From: Nitrososphaerota archaeon
GTDB lineage: Archaea > Thermoproteota > EX4484-205 > JAAOZP01
Direction of reading: 5' to 3'
NCBI GenBank assembly: GCA_011605725.1
Contig: JAAOZP010000014.1
Location: 1 to 64,000, forward strand
DNA length: 64,000 nucleotides
Shown: piece by piece, positions 61,185 through 64,000 of the stretch
Layout: the number at the start of each line of letters is the position of its first letter
How positions within the stretch are numbered: the stretch's first letter is position 1
The notes under the pieces: model-generated
Seen by the model: the letters and a program-made list of their open reading frames with translations, nothing else
Databases searched by the model: none
What the model was told of the DNA's origin: nothing
Translations under genes and position numbers: made by a program

Positions 61185-61538
61185 TTGTTTAAAATCATCG
61201 TGTACATAAACGAACCTGGGGGCGTAGAGAGCTTAGTCAACGATCTCTTCGATGCTGTATTAACCGGAGATAAGGGGAACAAGATATACTTCGTCACAGT
61301 TAACTTATATGATCATGTAGCTTCAAACAAGAGGACATATAGAAACGACCTATCATTTGTGAAGGAAGCCCATGAGAAGCAGAAACTAATTCTTATACAG
61401 AAATTTAAGAAGCATCCGGAAGTCGAGCCGTTGTTGAAAGAGGGAAGAACCTTAGAGGTGTTCTCGCCAATCGCGGTATATTGCGAACTGGAATCAGAAC
61501 GCTTCAATAAGGTAATAATGTGGATGAAAAAACTATGA
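61185..61538 (+). CDS. Hypothetical protein
   Basis: ORF in the island 3' of tRNA-Glu; no motif recognised. Confidence 0.5.
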   Translation: MFKIIVYINEPGGVESLVNDLFDAVLTGDKGNKIYFVTVNLYDHVASNKRTYRNDLSFVKEAHEKQKLILIQKFKKHPEVEPLLKEGRTLEVFSPIAVYCELESERFNKVIMWMKKL

Positions 61539-61722
61539 TCTAGATCCTCTTCTAGACCTATGCACGTTTTTGCCAACAAGTTGATTGAACTCAAGATCGC
61601 TACCCGTATTCTAGGGTATGAGCTGGGTGGCAATATCGAGGAGCTGGCGATCGAAGATTTAGATGTAACAGAAAAAGAGGTTTACCTGTGGTTAGCTTAG
61701 AATAAAAGCTTTAAGACATTAA

Positions 61723-61797
61723 TGCTCCGAGCGGGATTTGAACCCGCGCCCCGAGCTCGAGAGGCTCGTATGCTTGACCGGGCTACACCATCGGAGC
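61723..61797 (-). tRNA. tRNA-Glu(CTC)
   Basis: GCTCCGA/TCGGAGC acceptor; CGAGC-CTCTCGA-GCTCG anticodon arm. Confidence 0.95.
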
Positions 61798-61895
61798 TGG
61801 AAAACATTCTTCAGAGGGGGAGTTAAATCTTTTGCTGTTTAAAAAATATTCTGGGGCCGTTGAACTTTTTATAACCCGTATGCTCAGCTTAAGCT

Positions 61896-62495
61896 GTGAA
61901 GAGCAGAGTAATAGTGGTGACCGGTACTCCTGGAACTGGCAAGACCTCCTTGTGCAGATATATTGTCAACAGGAATAAAGACTGGATTCACCTGGATCTA
62001 GGCAGGTTCGCGGCTGAGGCTAACGCGATCACTGGTTATGATTATTCTTTGGAAACCGGTATTGTTGACATGAGCATTTTGAAAAAGGCTCTGCGCAAGC
62101 ATGTTTCAAACAGCGTCGAAGAGGGTGTTCGCCTCCTGATAGATGGTCATTACGCGGCGGAGGTTTCTCCGGCAGAGTACGTTAACTACTGTCTTGTCCT
62201 AAGATGTAGACCAGATGTTCTCTGGCGCAGGCTCCGCAGCGTCAAGGGGTATGGCGAGGAGAAGGCTAGGAGGAACGTTGAATCCGAGATTACGGACTAC
62301 TGCTATCTGATGGCGAAGCTACATTTTAAACGGAAGAGAATCGTACAGCTGGACACGACCGGTGTTAGTGTTGGAAAAACCTACATCCGGTTTATGGAGT
62401 GTTATAGAGAAGGCTTTAGGTGTAAGGGGGATGTGGTTGACTGGGTTGACTTCCTTCTAAGGAACCCTGGGAAAATGAGCTTTCTTTTTCGTTAA
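61896..62495 (+). CDS. Atypical adenylate kinase (AK6/Fap7-like)
   Basis: VTGTPGTGKT, IDGH, LRC.P, N.ESE. Confidence 0.85.
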   Translation: MKSRVIVVTGTPGTGKTSLCRYIVNRNKDWIHLDLGRFAAEANAITGYDYSLETGIVDMSILKKALRKHVSNSVEEGVRLLIDGHYAAEVSPAEYVNYCLVLRCRPDVLWRRLRSVKGYGEEKARRNVESEITDYCYLMAKLHFKRKRIVQLDTTGVSVGKTYIRFMECYREGFRCKGDVVDWVDFLLRNPGKMSFLFR

Positions 62496-64000
62496 GCCTT
62501 ATGGTGAAAAGTACGGGTTTGGAAAAACCCTCTGCCGTTAAGAAGCCGTATCCAGGTGTCTGCTTCTTCAAAAGCTCATAGTCCCATGGGGAAAGACCCA
62601 TTATGTCTGTCAGAACTCTTGACTCCTCTCCCTCGCATATCCTGTGGGCTATTTTCAGACTTGTTGACTTGACTATTTCCGGGGAGATTTGCGACGGAAA
62701 CTGTGACACAAGTATAAGGCTCTCGTTAAACTTTCTCATCTCTAAGAAAAGTTTCTCAGCAATGCCAGGCGGAGAGTCGCGCCTCCTGTACGGCAAGATG
62801 TTATGCGCCTCCTCAACGACAGTAAAATGACTCTTAACGCTCTTGTTTTTCACTCTGAACTCGTAGAGTTGCGCTAGGATAAAGAGTGAAACCAGCTTAC
62901 GAATATCTACTTCAACAATGTCTCCCAGCTCGAAAACAACATTCCTATCTACAATGTCGCTGATCCTTACCAGCTTACTCGTGTTACAGAATATTTCCCT
63001 ACTCTGCCCAGTTATCAACGGCCTAAGTCTCCTTAGAAGCGCGAACTTTGTCTCGTTCTCGTAGAACGATTTGATGCTCCATCTCTCTAAGGTTTCTACA
63101 AGCTCGCTAAGAGAGTTTGAAGCAGGTATTCCAAGCTCTTTCTCTGCAAGTGTTTGCAGAAGCACTTCTCTAAACATGTATGATTGAGAAGGAGTGAAGC
63201 TGTATATTTGGTCGAAAATATCTGTAACTATTGCCACGTGTTCAGACAGGCTGCTGGCTTCAACCGGGTTAAGTATGTCTAAGGAGAAAGAGCCGAGTTT
63301 GAAAACAATGCCGTTAAGCTCCTCAGCCAGATGCCCATACTCGTTATGCCAGTCTAAAACCATAAAGGGATATTTAAGTTCCGCGAGCCCTCTTAAAACA
63401 TGTTTCACAGTCGTCGTCTTACCGGATCCTGTTGAACCATAGACAGCCATATGCTTCTTAAACTTGTCTACATCGAGCCTGAACGGAATGATGCTTGAAC
63501 CGTTAAAAACTATCCACCCTAGGTCAATAGTCTCCCTGTTTTCAACAGCATCAGCGGAGGGTCTGTATGAAGATGGGAGAAAACAGAGCTCGTCGTCAGG
63601 CATGTGCGGTGTAAGAAGCCTAATGGAGTTGCTTGCGTCAACCCGCTGAGCAACGGAATCATCCACCAGGATTCTTCTCAAGTATTTAACCAGCTCTTTC
63701 CCCGTCAGTCTGACGAGTTTTAACTCTGGGAAAACCGTGTTGTATACAGACCTTATTTTTTCAAAATCTGTTCTAAGCATCTTCACCGCCTCATCAACTC
63801 CTTCGCGACCTATTTCTCTGCTGACTACGAGCAGCTGGGCGAGAAGAACATCCTCGTCACGGTTTCCAGAGGGAAGCATATGGGTCACAAACGTTGTTGA
63901 GACTCCTGCTTTAAGAAGCCCGTTGACAAGGCCTCTGGTTTTTAAATAGAAATCCTCCTCTCCAGTCCCGGTTCCGCCTGTCCCCTCCTCCGGAAATATT
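62416..64000 (-). CDS. HerA/FtsK/VirB4-family ATPase (DUF87); 5' end beyond the window
   Basis: H..VYGSTGSGKT, DWHNEY, VEEAHN, EMRKF, SQ; frame stays open to the right edge. Confidence 0.85.
   Translation of the reverse strand, partial: IFPEEGTGGTGTGEEDFYLKTRGLVNGLLKAGVSTTFVTHMLPSGNRDEDVLLAQLLVVSREIGREGVDEAVKMLRTDFEKIRSVYNTVFPELKLVRLTGKELVKYLRRILVDDSVAQRVDASNSIRLLTPHMPDDELCFLPSSYRPSADAVENRETIDLGWIVFNGSSIIPFRLDVDKFKKHMAVYGSTGSGKTTTVKHVLRGLAELKYPFMVLDWHNEYGHLAEELNGIVFKLGSFSLDILNPVEASSLSEHVAIVTDIFDQIYSFTPSQSYMFREVLLQTLAEKELGIPASNSLSELVETLERWSIKSFYENETKFALLRRLRPLITGQSREIFCNTSKLVRISDIVDRNVVFELGDIVEVDIRKLVSLFILAQLYEFRVKNKSVKSHFTVVEEAHNILPYRRRDSPPGIAEKLFLEMRKFNESLILVSQFPSQISPEIVKSTSLKIAHRICEGEESRVLTDIMGLSPWDYELLKKQTPGYGFLTAEGFSKPVLFTIRLNEKESSFSQGSLEGSQPSQPHPPYT

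Overview
This is a 64 kb piece of an archaeal chromosome, probably TACK/Thermoproteota-like (inferred from gene content). Most of it is housekeeping: Hef, Tmk, the Aeropyrum-type mevalonate genes plus CarS, TopA, AglB, the PriL-PriS-GINS-L44e-S27e-aIF2a-Nop10 cluster with PCNA/TFS/RpoL/Csl4, SufCB, TFE-aTrm56-MBF1-NAC, porCDAB, ArgRS, TPI, ABCE1 and a thermosome subunit. There are four intact tRNAs (Lys and Trp with introns, Arg, Glu) and a tRNA-Leu 3' half, each next to a small accessory or decayed island. The main candidate novel system is at 37.9-42.7 kb, 3' of tRNA-Trp. It is an array of four paralogous modules, each a PD-(D/E)xK-like nuclease tip followed by a coupled ~200-aa putative immunity gene. 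The tips are progressively truncated, the immunity alleles are mosaic, and the outer modules form a large inverted repeat, resembling an archaeal polymorphic-toxin orphan-immunity bank. Other highlights: a TAGCGCGCGCTA-type palindrome at accessory breakpoints; two copies of a TGT-like gene with a Cys-rich N-terminus, one missed by the ORF track; an OST3/6/OSTC-like protein near aglB; a 35-aa Glu/Trp microprotein; several apparent pseudo-enzymes; and a sharp codon-skew switch inside porB. All family calls come from motif recognition by eye; no searches were run.
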